Assembly (NCBI RefSeq): GCF_020745735.1 | Contig: NC_083408.1 | Coordinates: 64,634,484-64,698,483 of the forward strand | Length of the DNA: 64,000 nt | From: Hemiscyllium ocellatum | Taxonomy: Eukaryota | Direction of reading: 5' to 3' | Shown: one piece after another, positions 61,825-64,000 of the stretch | Layout: each line of letters starts with the position of its first letter | How positions within the stretch are numbered: the stretch's first letter is position 1 | Notes under the pieces: model-generated | The model's database searches: none | What the model was told of the DNA's origin: nothing | What the model saw: the letters and a program-made list of their open reading frames with translations, nothing else | Program-made: the position numbers and the translations under genes

Positions 61825-62540
61825 CAAAGAACAAAGAAAAATACATAGAGCTCTTTGGCCCACCAAGATTATGCCAACTCGTGATGTATTTCTAAACAAA
61901 AACCCTTTCTCCTCTACACAGCTCACATCCTTCTATTCCTTGCCTATTCACATATCTGTCAAGATATCTCATAAATGTTGCTATTATATCTGTTCAACTG
62001 GCACTACCTCCTCTGGCAACACATTCCAGGCATTTACCACCTTCTGTGTTAAAAAAAACTTGCCTCTCACATCTCTTTTAAATTTACACCCTTTTACCTT
62101 AAACCCTTAACAGTTAACATCCCTGTCTATCCATTCTATCTATGCCTTCATAATTTTGCAAACTTCAGCCAGGTTGCCCCTCATCCTTTGACGTTCAAGT
62201 GAAAACAAACAAAGTTTGTCCAATCTCTCCTCATAACTAATACCCTCCAAATCAGGCAACATCCTAGTAAACCATTTCTATACCTCTCTGAACTCTCCAC
62301 ATCCTTCTTGTAGTGTGATGAACAAAACTGTATGCAATATTCCAAATGTGGCCTAACTAAAATTCTTTAGAGCTGCAACAATTTTTATACTCTATTCGCT
62401 GACCAATGAAGATAAACATGCCATATGCCTTCTTCCATTTGTGTTGCCACTTTCAGTGAACAGTGGGCCTGTACACCTGGATCCCTCAGTATATTGACAC
62501 CACTAAAGATTCTGCCAATTACTGTCTATTTCCCTCCTGT
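61825..62540 (-). mobile_element. CR1 3' fragment
   Basis: Decayed RT C-terminus and aaagaacaaagaaaa tail. Confidence 0.75.
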
Positions 62541-62544
62541 GTTA

Positions 62545-63345
62545 GTTGTACAGGACATTGGTGAGACCTCTTCTGCAATACTAATGTTCTGATTGTCCTG
62601 CTACAGGAAGCATATTATTAAGTTCAGAAAGCATTTACCAGAATGTTGGCAGGAATGGAGGGTTGATTTATAAGGAAAGGCTGGATAGGCTGGGACATTT
62701 TTCTACTGGAACGTAGGAGGTTGAGAGGTGACCTGAAAGAAGTTTATAAAATTAAGAGGGTCAAAGATAAGATGAATTAGAAAGGTTTTTTTCTTAAGTT
62801 CAAAACTAGGGGGTCATTTTTTAAAGTAAGAGAAGAGAGTTTTAGATTATATTACTTACAGTGTGGAAACAGGCCTTTCAGCCCAACAAGTCCACACCGA
62901 AGCACAGCCCACCATACCCCTTCACCTAACACTACAGGCAATTTAGCATTGTCAATTCACCTGACCTGCACATCTTTGGACCGTGGGAGGAAACCCACGC
63001 AGACACGGGGAGAATGTGCAAACTCCACACAGTCAGTCGCCTGAGACAAGAATTGAACCCAGGCTAACCACTGTGCCACCGTGCCACCCAGGTTAGAAAG
63101 AACATGAGGGGCAATCTTTTTACATTGAATATGGTTCATGTGTGGAATGAACTGCTAGAGGAACTGGTGGATGCATGTACAGTTACAACTTTTAAAAGAC
63201 ATTTGGGTAAGTACATGAATTGGAAAGGTTTGAAGGGTTATGGGCCAAATCCAGCCAAGTGAGACTAGTTTAGTTTGGGAACACATCCAGCATGGAGACT
63301 AGTTGGATTGAAGGGTCTGTTTCCATGCTGTAAGACTCTATGACT
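62545..63345 (+). mobile_element. CR1/HER1 3' fragment interrupted by HE1
   Basis: LYRTLVRP and RRLRGDLKEVYKI motifs; aagggtctgtttccatgctg tail. Confidence 0.85.
62841..63088 (-). mobile_element. HE1 SINE with internal deletions
   Basis: Colinear with 34859-35176. Confidence 0.9.
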
Positions 63346-64000
63346 CTAGATCTTCCAAAATGCATCACCTTACATTTGTCAATCTGCCATTTCTCCTCCC
63401 AAGTCTCCAACCTATCCATATCCTGCTGTATCTTCTGGCTATCCTCGCCACTACCTGGAGCTTCCCAATCTTTGTGTTGTCTGCAAAAAACACACACACA
63501 CACACACAAAATGGCGGTGGGCGGCACGGTGGCACAGTGGTTAGCACTGCTGCCTCACAGCGCCTGAGACCTGGGTTCAATTCCCACCTCAGGCGACTGA
63601 CTGTGTGGAGATTGTACGTTCTCCCAGTGTCTGTGTGGGTTTCCTCCGGGTGCTCCGGTTTCCTCCCATAGTCCAAAGATGTGCAGGTCAGGTGAATTGG
63701 CCATGCTAAATTGCCCATAGTGTTAGGTAAGGTGTAAATGTAGGGGTATGGGTGGGTTGCGCTTCAGCGGGTCGGTGTGGACTTGTTGGGCCGAAGGGTC
63801 TGTTTCCACACTGTAAGTAATCTAATCTAAAACAACAGGGTTCCAACTCTGATTCCTGTAGAACACCACTGGTCACAGATCTCCAATCAGGAAGGCACCA
63901 TTTTCATCACTACTCCCTGTCATCTGTGAGCAAACCAGTTCTGTATCCATTTTATCAGCTTACCACGGATCTCATGTGACTTCACTTTTTGTATCAGCCT
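63345..64000 (-). mobile_element. CR1 RT fragment interrupted by (CA)n and HE1
   Basis: FADNTKIG and WEEKWQ..KCKVMHFG motifs. Confidence 0.8.
63519..63830 (+). mobile_element. HE1 SINE (young copy)
   Basis: Full tRNA-like head with A/B boxes and aatctaatctaa tail. Confidence 0.9.

Overview
AT-rich, CpG-depleted vertebrate genomic DNA, almost certainly from an elasmobranch (shark). The evidence is many HE1-type tRNA-derived SINEs sharing a 3' tail with CR1/HER1-type LINEs; a carpet or bamboo shark is a guess. Roughly half of the window is interspersed repeat: CR1 LINE fragments, a second CR1/L2-clade LINE, HE1 and other SINEs, decayed PIF/Harbinger transposase and Myb/SANT remnants, DNA-transposon MITEs, and at least three families of Penelope-like elements (PLEs, GIY-YIG endonuclease). 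PLE ends carry minimal hammerhead-ribozyme cores (CUGANGA-stem II-GAAACGUH); about a dozen are visible and five have an intact core. Several occur as short fold-back insertions flanked by 10-14 bp target-site duplications (TSDs). Most listed ORFs are repeat artefacts. In the unique DNA, short minus-strand segments with canonical splice signals and compatible phases can be joined into a candidate multi-exon gene whose peptide loosely resembles NHL-type beta-propeller blades. This gene model is a low-confidence hypothesis and I cannot name the gene. Repeat family names are assigned from remembered consensus motifs and repeat boundaries are approximate. No rRNA, bona fide tRNA or CRISPR array was found.
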